A DNA stretch of 64,000 nt from Squalus acanthias (taxonomy: Eukaryota): positions 141,548,001 through 141,612,000 of the forward strand of contig CM059432.1 of NCBI GenBank assembly GCA_030390025.1, read 5' to 3'. Each line of letters begins with the position of its first letter. Position 1 is the first letter of the stretch. Position numbers and translations under genes: made by a program. Positions 1 through 11,499 of this stretch are shown piece after piece. The notes under the pieces are model-generated. The model saw only the letters and a program-made list of their open reading frames with translations, had not been told where the DNA came from and did no database searches.

Positions 1-229
1 ACCACACAAATTGGCGAGCCATCAAGAGTGGGATCCCGAATTGATTTGCCTGGGGCCCAGAGGCCAACCTCTGCACGCTTGCCAGCACTCCAGCTATGGT
101 CAGCTGACTCAACACAAACCTGGGACTGTCTGGTCTGCATGGGCTTGGATTATACTCTGCCTTTACCCATTCAACCACTGGGGAAGTGACTGAAATGGCA
201 GCTCGGTTGAATTTGTAGAAGGTGAGATG

Positions 230-760
230 TGCTTGTATGTCCTCCGTAAACTGAAGGTCAGCCAAAACTCTGCTGCCCGTATCCTAACTCGCACCAAGTC
301 CCGTTCACCTATCACTCTTGTGCTCGCTGACCTACATTGACTCCCGGTTAAGCAATGCCCCGATTTCAAAATTCTCATCCTTTTTTTCAAACCCCTCCAT
401 GGCCTTGCCCCTCTCTCTCCCTGTAACCTCCTCCATCCCTACAATCCTCCGAGATCTCTGCGCTCCACCTATTCTGGCCTCTTGTGCATCCTCGATTTTC
501 ATCGCTCCACCAATGGCGGCCGTGCCTTCAGCTGCCTAGGCCCTAAGCTCTGGAATTCCCTCCCTAAACCTCTCCACCTCTCTACCACCCTTTCCTCCTT
601 TAAGATGCTCCTTAAAACCTACCTCTGTGACCACCTGTCCTAATATCTCCTTAAGTGGCTCGGTCTCAAATTTGTTTGATAACGCTCCAGTGAAGCGCCT
701 TGGGACGTTTTACTATGTTAAAGGCGCTGTATAAATGCAAGTTGTTGTTGTTGTTGTTTT
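230..760 (+). mobile_element. L2-type LINE 3' fragment with (TTG)n tail
   Basis: Encodes the QNSAARIL...LHWL RT C-terminal motif; similar to copies at 27905-28760 and 61010-61340. Confidence 0.75.
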
Positions 761-829
761 CCTGCAACATTTTCAGATTTGTCAATATTCATCTCAGACT
801 TTTATTTTTTGACCCAAATCTCTTGGCAG

Positions 830-1057
830 AGACGTACCTGGAGACAGTTGAAACGAACCTTCCCCGTAAAGACCACGGGTACTCTGGATCTAGGTGGAGC
901 TTCTACAGAAATAGCTTTTGTCCCCGAGCTGCATAAAGTCAAGCGTGGAACCACAATAATCACATTGTACAGTCACAAGTACAAGATCTTCACTCGAAGC
1001 CTGGCATGCTATGGAAGGGACGAAGCTGAGAAGAGGTACTGGGCAAAACTCGTCCAG
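830..1057 (+). CDS. ENTPD3: ENTPD3-like ectonucleoside triphosphate diphosphohydrolase, internal exon with ACR4
   Basis: AG 828-829 / GT 1058-1059; 228 bp; TTGTLDLGGASTEIAF...CYGRDEAEKRY matches the NTPDase3 exon. Confidence 0.9.
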
Positions 1058-1759
1058 GTAAAATCTTAAAAGAATTCAAACAATTGGCCGAAATTCCTTT
1101 TTGTATTAAAGGAAAGTGTAAACCCTGAAAGAAAGGAAAAACTTACATTTCTACAGCGCCTTTCATGACCTCCGGACATCCCAAAGCGCTTTACAGCCAA
1201 TGAAGTACATTTTGAAGTGTAGTTACTGATGTAATGTAGGAAGCACAGCGGCCAATTGCGCACAGCAAGCTCCCACAAACAGCAATGTGATAATGGCCAG
1301 ATTCTGTTGGTTGAGTGATAAAAATTGGACACCGGGGAGATCTTCCCTGCTTGTCTTCAAATAGTGTCATGGGATCTCTTACGTCCACCTGAGAGGACCG
1401 GTGTTTGTTGTAACAGGCTGAGAGTGGTCACAGCGCCACCTCTGGTAAGTAAGAATAACATATTTAACTATTGCAGGCAGGGGTTACCCATTGGTTTCAA
1501 CGCATTGGGGGAATGGCAGCATTCCCGACTCATGGAGCTGAATAAATAGGTATATGTTTTCAGTATTTACACAAAAGGGCCGAATTTGTGTAATCGGACA
1601 GAACATTGTGGATAGCACTTGTGCAAATTTCCGCTATGCGCCCCAGTGGCTGAGACGCTCTGCCAGGGGTGCAGCTTCATATAGTCTGAACTCAGGGTGG
1701 AATGTGATTATAGAAGATTTGAACGTTTACATTATGTATAGGCACAGAACTACACAGTG

Positions 1760-2620
1760 TTGCTCAGTGGGTAGCACTCTCACCTCTGAATCTAGAAGGT
1801 TGTGGGTTCACGTCCCACTCCAGAGACTTCAGCACAATATCTAGGGAGTGTTGCACTGTCGGAGGTGCCATCTTTCGGATGAGATATTAAACCGATGCCC
1901 CGTCTACCCTCTCAGGTAGCCGTAAAAGATCCCATGGTACTATTCAAAGAAGAGCTGGGGAGTGTCCTGGGCCAATATTTATTCCCTCAACCAACATCAC
2001 GAAAAATAAAATGATCTGGTGATTTTCACATTGCTGTTTGTGGGAGCTTGCTGTGCTCAAATTGGCTGCCACGTTTCCTACATTGCAGCAGTGACTACAC
2101 TTCAAAGTACTTCATTGGCTGTAAAGCACTTTGGGTCGTCCCTAAATCGTGAAAGATAAGAACATAAGAAATAGGACATAATAAGTAGGCCGTACGTTCC
2201 TTCAGCCTGCTCCGCCATTCAGTAAGATCATGGCTGGACTTCTACATCAACTCCACTTTCCTGCCCAATCCCCATATCCCTTGATTCAACTTAGTGTCCA
2301 AAGATCTATCAATCTCAGTCTTGAATATACTCATCAACAGTGCAGCCACAGCCCTCTGGGGTAGAGAATTCCAAAGATACACCACCCTCTGAGTAAAGTA
2401 ATTTCTCCTCATCTCAGTCCTAAATGGTCGACCCCTTATCCTTGAGACTGTGACCCCCCCCCCTAGTTCTCGACTCTCCAGCCAGGGGAAACAGCCTCTC
2501 AGCAGCTACCCTGTTAAGCCCTCTAAGAATTTTATACGTTTCAATGAGATCTTCTAAACTCCAGGGAATATAGGCCCATTCTACTCACTCTCTCAAGGTG
2601 CTATAGAAATGCAAGTTCTT
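1760..2620 (+). mobile_element. tRNA-headed DeuSINE-like SINE interrupted near its 3' end by a CR1 3' fragment (about 2156-2595, minus)
   Basis: A/B-box head GCTCAGTGGGTAGCAC...GGTTCACGTCCC; body shared with 35845-36300; tail resumes after the CR1 piece. Confidence 0.7.
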
Positions 2621-2689
2621 TCTTTTTACTAGTTCTGCATTAGTAGAAATAACTATATTTGCACATTCCTGTCTGTTTTATCAACTCAG

Positions 2690-2968
2690 AAATCGACTGA
2701 GAAATCAAGAATTGAAGACCCTTGCCTTCCCTCAAACTACACTCTGACTCTCCAACTGAGGAATATATTTGGAAGTTTATGCACTGCTGCTGAGAAACCA
2801 GAGGACTATGATCCTGACAACAATGTCACGTTTATTGGAACTGGAGACCCTGCTCTGTGCCTGGAGGAGTTGTTGTTAATATTTAAGTTTAGATCTTTCT
2901 ACATTAGAGGCAATTGGACAGAGCGTTCATCGCGTCTTGATCAGCCAAAGATCTCTGGAGACTTTGTG
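2690..2968 (+). CDS. ENTPD3: ENTPD3-like internal exon
   Basis: AG/GT bounded, 279 bp, phase 0; KSTEKSRIEDPCLPSNY...GTGDPALC...QPKISGDFV (hand-translated, absent from ORF track). Confidence 0.9.
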
Positions 2969-3075
2969 GTACGTTACCCAGTGTTTGGAATATCTCACTT
3001 TGTTTTCCCCATACTGTCAAACGTGTCATGAGCTTAACTTGTGAAATTTATTCCTCTTCATCCCAAACTATCTAG

Positions 3076-3186
3076 GCCTTTTCTGGTTTCTACTCCACAA
3101 TGGAAGCCTTGAATTTAACCGGTTCCTTTTCCATGCATGATTTCCACTCAACAGTTCGGTCTTTCTGTCTGAAAAACTGGAATCAG
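3076..3186 (+). CDS. ENTPD3: ENTPD3-like internal exon
   Basis: AG/GT bounded, 111 bp; AFSGFYSTMEALNLTGSFSMHDFHSTVRSFCLKNWNQ. Confidence 0.9.
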
Positions 3187-3413
3187 GTATGTGGCGGAGT
3201 TCATGTCTGTATCTTATTCACTCGACCAGCCGCAGCCGATTGGATATCCCAGGGTGGCTGCCGGCTGTGTATTAGCTTGTTTGCTCTAGTCTCATAGACA
3301 GACATCTTCATTGGATACAATTCTCATACAAAAAACAAGCTAACGGCACGTCACCGTGGAGACACATTCAGGGTGTGTCTGAGTTTAAAATTCAAACTAC
3401 ATACAGACAATGC

Positions 3414-3950
3414 ACATTACATGCTACTTACAGACTTGGCCATTACATGCTACTTACAGATATGGTGCATCACATGCTACTTACAGACAGGGCGATTCAT
3501 GCTACTTACAGATATGGCCCATTACACGCTGCTTACAGACATGGCCCAATACATGCTACTTACAGACATGGCCCATTACATGCTGCTTACAGACATGGCC
3601 CAATACATGCTACTTACAGACATGGCCCATGACATGCTACTTACAGACATGACCCATTACATGCTACTTACAGACATGGCCCATTACATGCTACTTACAG
3701 ACATGACACATTACATGCTACTTACAGACACGGCCCATTACATGCTACTTATAGACACGGCCCATTACATGCTCCTTACAGAGATGGCACATGCAATGCT
3801 ACTTACAGGCATGGCACATGACATGCTACTTACAGACATGGTCCATTACATGCTACTTGCAGACATGACACATTACATGCTACATGCAGACATGGCACAT
3901 GACATGCTACTTACAGACATTGCCCATTACATGCTATTTACAGACATGGT
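3414..3950. repeat. 27-bp minisatellite (CATTACATGCTACTTACAGACATGGCC), about 20 copies, intronic
   Basis: Tandem unit directly visible. Confidence 0.95.
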
Positions 3951-4056
3951 ACATGTTAAACGAACTCAATACAAATTGACAGTGACAGATACAAAATTAA
4001 AAAGTGCATCACCATCAATGAGGCAAAATATACACTAAAAAATATCTATCTTGCAG

Positions 4057-4194
4057 GTTCAACAGTTACTGCCAAATGTGATAGACTCATTTCGCAGAGC
4101 ATATTGTTTCAATGCCAACTACATCAATGCCCTACTGGTAAAAGGTTACAAGTTTGATCAAGTGAGTTGGAACCGGATAAGTTTTCAAAAACAA
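4057..4194 (+). CDS. ENTPD3: ENTPD3-like penultimate exon
   Basis: AG/GT bounded, 138 bp; VQQLLPNVIDSFRRAYCFNANYINALLVKGYKF...ISFQKQ. Confidence 0.9.
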
Positions 4195-4622
4195 GTAAGT
4201 TTAGACATTTTAAAACACTGTTTTATAAAACCCTCCCTTGTTATTCGTTGTTTTGCAATAATTTATTTGGAGGGGGGTGTTACGCTCTAATTTCTCCATA
4301 TTATTCCAACATGGACAATGGGGTAGGGAATCCATCTTCACCCATAGCCAGGGTACATCGTTGAGCTGACGTGAGGAGGAAGTTCCCACGCGTTGGGTTT
4401 TAATGGGCTTATTGTGTGGAATCACAACAGGGAGTGAAAATGGATCCATTTCAAGGGGGAGCTGGGTGATATCATCTTTAGCACATCCAACCGACCAGCT
4501 TGGATTTTGCAAATGTCTAGAGATGTGTAGGATTGTGCCTTCTTTGCCATAAACCCTCCATCATTCACCTGGTGTTCCAAGATTCCACTTGTTTAGGTGG
4601 AAAGGAATATATTTAATGGTTT

Positions 4623-5176
4623 ATAAATACCTCATCGTCCTCGGCCTATTACACTGTTCCACGGAAGCGCAGCGTAAGCTCGAGGAACAGCACCTCATCT
4701 TTCATTTAGGCACGCTACAGCCCTCTGGACTCAATATCGAGTTCAACAATTTTAGATCATAACCTCAGCTCCAATCACATTTATATTTTATTTTTTCCAC
4801 CCTTTTATTTGCCCCCCCCCCACCTTTTTTTTCCTCCTAGAAGCTGGCAGCTGTCCTTCATTCTGCCAGTGGATTTCACACTTCTTTCAGCCTTAATCTG
4901 TCACATTAACACCACCTCTAGCCTTGCATATCTCTTAATGTCTCTTAATGTCTCTTCATCTCCCCCTTTGTTCTTTTATCCCCTCCCCCTTTTTCCCAGC
5001 TTTACTCTGGCCTTAAATCTATTTGATTTCCGGCTCTTCACAGTTCTGACGAAAGGTCATCGACCTGAAACGTTAACTCTCTTTCTCTCTCCACGGATGC
5101 TGCCTGGCCTGCTGAGTTTTTCCAGCGTTTTCTGTTGTTATTTCAGATTTCCAGCATCCGCAGTATTTTGCTATCG
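4623..5176 (+). mobile_element. Penelope-like element 3' fragment with 13-bp TSD
   Basis: GIY-YIG C-terminus (RKLEEQHLIF.LGTLQPSGLN); TATTTAATGGTTT at 4610-4622 and 5177-5189. Confidence 0.85.
5041..5080 (+). ncRNA. Minimal type I hammerhead ribozyme motif in Penelope-like tail
   Basis: AGTT-CTGACGA-A-AGGTC/GACCT-GAAA-CGTT-AACT. Confidence 0.75.
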
Positions 5177-5439
5177 TATTTAATGGTTTGTTTGAATCTA
5201 TCTCTCATGCAGTCTCGAGGATGTCAATCTCATATCATTGTCAGTTATTGTTCTATCCCAGGGTCATTTTGCCAAATTTAGATTTTCTGGACACTTGTCA
5301 ATGAAAATTGTGTATCCCAGGACTAGTTTTGCTGTGTATTTGTGGGAGGCTAAATAAGTTATTTAGTGTTGTTATCAGTCAGATGACTCTTTTCCAGTTA
5401 CAATGGTTGGGCAATAAGTCATGATAGGTAGGCCACAGA

Positions 5440-5612
5440 GGTTAACTAGTAGGTAGCAGAAGGTGACCAGTAAGTAACAAAAGTTGACACATAATAGAAG
5501 TTGACTAGTACATAGCAGATGTTGATTAGTAGGCATTTGAAGTTGACCAGTAGGTAATATAAATTGACTAGTAGGTAGAATAAGCTGACTTGTAGGTAGC
5601 AGAAGAAGTTGC
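5440..5612. repeat. Degenerate ~21-bp tandem repeat (CTAGTAGGTAGCAGAAGTTGA-like)
   Basis: Recurring GTTGACTAGTAGGTA motif. Confidence 0.65.
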
Positions 5613-5782
5613 CCTGGGTAAGCTTTGAGGCCCTCAAAATTTCTAATGGAGACATTGTGGATGAGTTGTAAGAGATGTTCAATGCCCTCATTGTCCATGA
5701 TCCAAAGCCTTCCCGCAGAGTCAAGGATTGCACGATATGGGTGATGCTACTGATAGAAACCATTTCCACTGTTGTTTGGACT

Positions 5783-6965
5783 AAGAACATAAGAAATAGG
5801 AGCAGGAGTTGGCCCTTCGAGCCTGCTCCACCATTCAATAAGATCATGGCTGATCTTCTACCTCAACTCCACCTTCCTGCACTATCCCCATATCCCTTGA
5901 TTCCCTTAATATCCAAAAATCTATCGATCTCTGTCTTGAATATACTCAACGACTGAGCCTCCACAGCCCTCTGGCGTAGAGAATTCCAAAGATTCACCAC
6001 CCTCTGAGTGAAGAAATTTCTCCTCATCTCAGTCCTAAATGGCCAACCCCTTATTCTGAGACTGTGACCCCTGGTTCTAGACTCCCCAGCCAGGGGAAAC
6101 ATCCTCCCTGCATCTACCCTGTCAAGCCCTGTAAGAATTTTGTATGTTTCAATGAGATCACTTCTCATTCTTCTAAACTCTAGAGAATATAGGCCTAGTC
6201 TACTCAATCTCTCCTCATAAGACAATCCCCCCATCCCAGGAATCAGTCCGGTGAACCTTCGTTGCACTCCCTCTATGGCAAATATATTCTTCCTTAGGTA
6301 AGGAGACCAAAACTGTACACAATACTCCAGGTGTGGTCTCACCAGGGCCCTATATAATTGCAGTAAAACGTCTTTACTCTTGTACTCAAATCCTCTTGTA
6401 ATAAAGGCCAAGATACCATTTGATTTCTTAATTGCTTGCTGTTCCCACATGTTAACTTTCAGTGATTCGTGTACAAGGTCAACCAGGTTCCTCTGAATAC
6501 CAACATTTCCCAATCTCTCACCATTTAAAAAATACTCTGCTTTTCTATTTTTCCTACCAAAGTGGATAACTTCACATTTCTCCACATGATATTCCATTTT
6601 TGTTGTAAATTATGTATTAATTCTTTAAATGCTCGCCATTGCTTGTCTACCATCATACCTTTTAATGTAGTTTCCCAATCTACCTTAGCCAACTCGCCCC
6701 CTCATACCTACGTAGTTTGCTTTGTTTAGATTTAAGACCCTAGTTTCGGATTTAACTAAATCACTTTCAAACTTAATATAAAATTCAATCATATTATGGT
6801 CACTCTTCCCTAAGGGCCCCTTTACTACAAGGTTATTAATTAACCCTTTCTCACTGCGCAATACTAGATCTAAAATAGCCTGTTCCCTAGTTGGTTCCTC
6901 AACATACTGATCTAGAAAACGATCTTGCATACATTCCATGAATTCGTCCTCCACACTATTACTGC
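5783..6965 (-). mobile_element. CR1 LINE fragment, internally deleted
   Basis: ORF 5863-6597 with LVRPHLEYCVQFWSP; ATAAGAAC-type tail. Confidence 0.9.
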
Positions 6966-7172
6966 AAATTATATCTCTCCAGAGGCTTATTGTATCCCGG
7001 GTTAATGTCTATGATTAACCCAAGGGTGGTACTTTGTTGGGGAAGATGTAGGACAGGTGTGCATTGTAAAGAGGTTGGCAGCTATTCTGTTCCATCTATT
7101 GTCCACTGAGGTACCATTCCATGTAACTATTATGTGGCGATGCACTGTCCCCAGTGATAGAAGTGACCCTTT

Positions 7173-8670
7173 GGGGGAGAAATTCAGTTGGTTAGCGCCT
7201 CCTGTTAGCGCCTGGCGGGGGCGCTAACGGGGCACTGATGCAGTAGCGCTGGGGCGAGGCAAATCTGGCGCCGCACGCCACATCTGGCCCCCCGCCGTAG
7301 CACCGCCGCTAAAAGCTACCGCCGAGGACTTCAACGCCAGGCAGATCATGACGTCAGTGAGCGTGCAATGTTCACTGGGTGCCCAATCTGCCAAATTAAT
7401 TTCTGCCCCCTGTCTTAGCGCCTCGCCCCCACAGCGGCAGGGAGAGGAGGCGTCAAGCAGGCTGATGCCGGCTCCAGGGGCGTTACTTAAAGGGATCATG
7501 AGTAATGAGTCGCTGCTGTCAGGTTAGTGCAGTTTCACTGCTTCCTTGTCAGTTTGAGATTGTGCAACAGTTTAATTCAGTCATTTAAAGGTTCTTTAGT
7601 ATCAGGAGTGTTGTGGCTACTGAAAATTATTACATTTATTCTGACAACATATCAAAGTGCTACACTTGGTTACATTAATGGGGGCTGTACTGACAGTCGA
7701 CCTCACCCTCCAGGATCTACTGCGGAGGGAGTGGAGGCAGCGAGAAAGACTGGAAAATGTGGCCAGAGGGAGGAGCAGGACCATCAGGGCTCTCAACAGG
7801 AGGCCTTACCCTCCGAGGGTATTCCGACAGCAATCCTACCTTCAATGAAGCGAGGAGCAGTATATTAGAGGGCTCCGCATCACCAAGGTGGTGTTCACAG
7901 AACACTGCCACCTCCTCCAAACAGACCTCCAGCCTCACAGCAGGATGACTTAAACCCCAGATCCCTTTTGCTCACCACATGCCCATCATACCATCCCTCT
8001 GTCATGCCATATCACAACGTCCGCCTGGGCGCAAAGTTGAAATGAGAGAGACCACAAAATATTGCAAACGCCATGAATAAATTTATGCATAAACATATCA
8101 CAATCATTCCAACAACTAATGACCCTTGCGCCTGCCATAGTTGAATAGCTGTCATTGTGTGCAAGGTGTGAGATGTGGGTGTGAATGTTGGTAGGTAGAG
8201 ATTGTTGGTGGGTGAACGCTGGGGGTCTGGGCAGAGTGTGAAGCCTGTGGTACAGATGGTGGTATGTAGCATTTGTTGAAGCATTCAATCACCCTGACCA
8301 CCCGACTGAGGTGGATCTGCCATGAGCACACCTGCTTCAGTCCTCCGGCTCCTTCTCCTTGTTGTGCTTCTCCTTGCTGAGGCAGCTGCACAGCCAGCAT
8401 TGCTGAGAATGAGGTGCTGCAGCATCAATGAACCTCCCCTTTAAGTACTGGGAAAAGCCTGTGACGATGATGACTTGAGATCAGGTTGCACCCGATATTG
8501 GTCAGCGCTTTGAGTTTAACGCCACTGAGCTCGGCCATTAGCGCTCCAATCCTTTCTTTCAGCAATGAGACTGAATTTTGCGTGCAGTCTGAATCATTAG
8601 CACCTGGCGCTAAATCTCAAATTTTTCTAAAGTTAGCGCCCATTCCTGGGCTATAATGAATTTCTCCCCC
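7173..8670 (+). mobile_element. Non-autonomous PIF/Harbinger deletion derivative (about 1.5 kb)
   Basis: Perfect 13-bp TIR GGGGGAGAAATTC/GAATTTCTCCCCC; (C)TTT on both flanks; transposase N-terminal remnant RRPYPPRVFR near 7800. Confidence 0.8.
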
Positions 8671-8772
8671 CTTTGAATTTCAATGCAAGTCCTTCTTAAC
8701 CTTTGGCTGCTGCAAACATTTAAGACTAAGTGAAATATCGAATCCTCTAATACGCTGTTTCCCTTGTTGCAG

Positions 8773-8961
8773 GTGGAAAGTAACAGCATAGGCTGGTCAC
8801 TTGGTTACATGCTAAACCTTACCAACATGATCCCAGCAGAAAATCAAGTGATTCGAATGCCAATGAGTGAAGCTGTATTCGCTGGACTTCTCTTTCTGTT
8901 TGCTGCTATTGTTTTGTTCTGTTCAATCTTCATTTGTATATCACTAATACGTTCATTTTAG
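8773..8961 (+). CDS. ENTPD3: ENTPD3-like last coding exon (ACR5, C-terminal TM helix, stop)
   Basis: AG 8771-8772; VESNSIGWSLGYMLNLTNMIPAE...VFAGLLFLFAAIVLFCSIF...RSF*. Confidence 0.92.
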   Translation: MESNSIGWSLGYMLNLTNMIPAENQVIRMPMSEAVFAGLLFLFAAIVLFCSIFICISLIRSF

Positions 8962-10739
8962 TGCAAGTCTGCTCTCTCAGGTGGACGTAAAAGATCCCAT
9001 GGCACTGTATCGAAGAAGAGCAGGGGAGTTCTCCCCGGTGTTCTGGCCAATGTTTACCCCTCAATCAACATCACTAAAACAGATTACCTGGTCATTATCA
9101 CCTTTGCTGTTTGTGGGACCTTGCTGTGCGCAAATTAGCTGCCGCGTTGTCTACATTCCAACACTGACTACATTTCGAAACCTAGCGCCTGGCGCTAATT
9201 TTTCAAACTTTTAAGGTATTGAAATGGGGCGATACCCAATTTCACCCCCAAAGAGAGAGAGAAAGGACCAGAAAAAGATAACAATAAAGAGATAAAAGAG
9301 GTAAATAAGTATGTTAATGTCAGGCCGATTGTGATTGAGGATGCAGTATTGGCTCGATCTCACAATGAGGTAAGTGAGAGCCACATTTTTACTGCTTGCT
9401 ATCGCTGCTGCTGCAGGTGTTAGCGGATTCTATTCATGGGACTCAGATCTACACAGGGAAAACTGCTCACTTGCCTTCCTCCATCTGTCCGATTTTTAAC
9501 GGTGGAAAACAGTTGACGAGATAGTCAATGCTTTTTCCTTTTAGTCGTTAACATGTAAATGGTGGGGGTGGGGGTGGCAGCTAGCAAAAGGTTGGACAGA
9601 ACTTTACATCAGCACAAATTTCAGCAAGCCCCTCCCCATCCAACATTGCGCAAGATTCTCTTGATAACCATGCAGCATGCTAACCCATTCGCTTCGAGCA
9701 CAATGCGCGAGAGTTTTAGATGGAGGTGCACACTTGCCATGGAATCTGTCTTGTTGCATTGAGCATGTAAGAGAGAGAAGCCCAAAATGTAACACTGCAT
9801 TTCACATTTCTCTTTATGTATAATTACACAGATTAAAGTAAGAACCCCCCTCCTTGTATAATAATGGATGATACGTGAATGTAAACGCGATGTAAAATAT
9901 AACTGAGGAAATGGTTCTGATGACATGCAACAAGGACTTCTGGAAACATTGGTCCTGTGACTGACACAAGTTTTATCATTCTTGCGTGAAATAAAAAGCG
10001 ATTGCAGAGTGCAAAAATGAAGCACTGTAACACTTCTTTTGACTGAAATGCTGATGGTTAAAGTGTTGGACGATTGAGCGAATGGCTTTCACCGCTGCCT
10101 GCCAATTTGCATCCATTAACACCAAAACTGAGATTACTGTTTGCTGACAATATAGCAGAGCTAAATGAAAATGTTTACTGTTGTTGAATGTGAATTCAAG
10201 TATATATTAAAATTAACATTGACAGTAGCTTCAGGTGTCACAAAGGACCTAAAATGTACTGTAAAGCCCTCGGATATTGGGCATTATAGCACACTCTAGG
10301 TCTTGTCTGTTACAGGAGCTGCGGTCTGTCCGACAGAACATTCATTCTGTGGCTCCACTGGAATCTTCAGGCCAAAAGCATTACCGCATCAGCTGGCAAC
10401 GTTTGCACGGTGTAGGTCAGTAAAAAAATATAAAATCTGACATTCAGCATTTGTTTCAGAGCTAATGTACCTAACTGCGTTGCACTCTCATCTTAAGTAG
10501 TTGGAAGCATTCCAGTACCACTTAGTTAATGAATGAAAGCTATGAATGCTGCCATTTGGAGGTCATTTCCAATTGTTAAAAAGGCCCCTAAGAAAATGAA
10601 CTGGCTTGAATTCAGATTTGGAAATGCGAAGGTACCCGAACTATTTTTTCCACTTGCAGCACCAGAATGCAATTGCTACAGGCACATAGAAGGCAGCAGT
10701 TGCACAGATAGCTTAGAGTTAGATATAGTCCCCACCGCA

Positions 10740-11230
10740 TACATCGACAACTTCCATTTATATAGCACCTTTACTGTAGTAGAACATCCCAACGTGTTTT
10801 ACAGGATTGCTATCAAACAAAATTTGACACCGAGCCACATCAGGCGATATTACGACAGAAGAGGTAGGTTTTAAGGATCTTCTCAAAGGAGGAGAGATAG
10901 AGGTTTAGGGAGAGAATTTCAGAGGTTAGGGCCCAGGCAGCTGAATGCATGGCCACCAACAGTGGAACGATGTAAATCGGGGATGCGCAAGAGGCCAGAA
11001 TTGGAGGAGCGCAGAGATCTCGGAGGGTTGTAGGGCTGGAGGAAGTTACAGAGATAGGGAGGGGGCGAGGCCAGGCAGAGATTTGAAAAAGGAAGGATGA
11101 GAATTTTAAAATTAAAGCATTACTGAACTCGGAGCCAATGTAGGTCAGCGAGCACAGGGGTGAATGGGACTTGGTCCAAGTTAGGATACGGGCAGCAGTT
11201 TTGGATGAGCTCAAGTTTACAGAGGGTGCA
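10740..11230 (-). mobile_element. L2-type LINE 3' fragment
   Basis: Reverse-complement similarity to 230-760. Confidence 0.7.
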
Positions 11231-11499
11231 AGGTGGGAAAGCGCCCTGGGCGCATTTGTACCAACGCACTTTTCCCACTATATGTGATGGATGATAAAAC
11301 CAGCTGCCCGATGTCTCCCGCAATTAAGTGTGAACAGCTGATTGAAGCTGCCCAAAGTCTCCCATCAGGTGTTGGCACTGTTAACTCCAGGAGCCAGTCA
11401 GAAAGTGGAGACTTTGGGCAGCTTCACTTTCCTGGAATTAAAACATGTAATTGATCTGAGGCAGCCTCAATAATAGGGTAAATACACCATCCCACACAT

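Noticed and set aside
3414..3950. CRISPR-like regular array
   Set aside because: Contiguous tandem units with no unique spacers, in a eukaryotic intron
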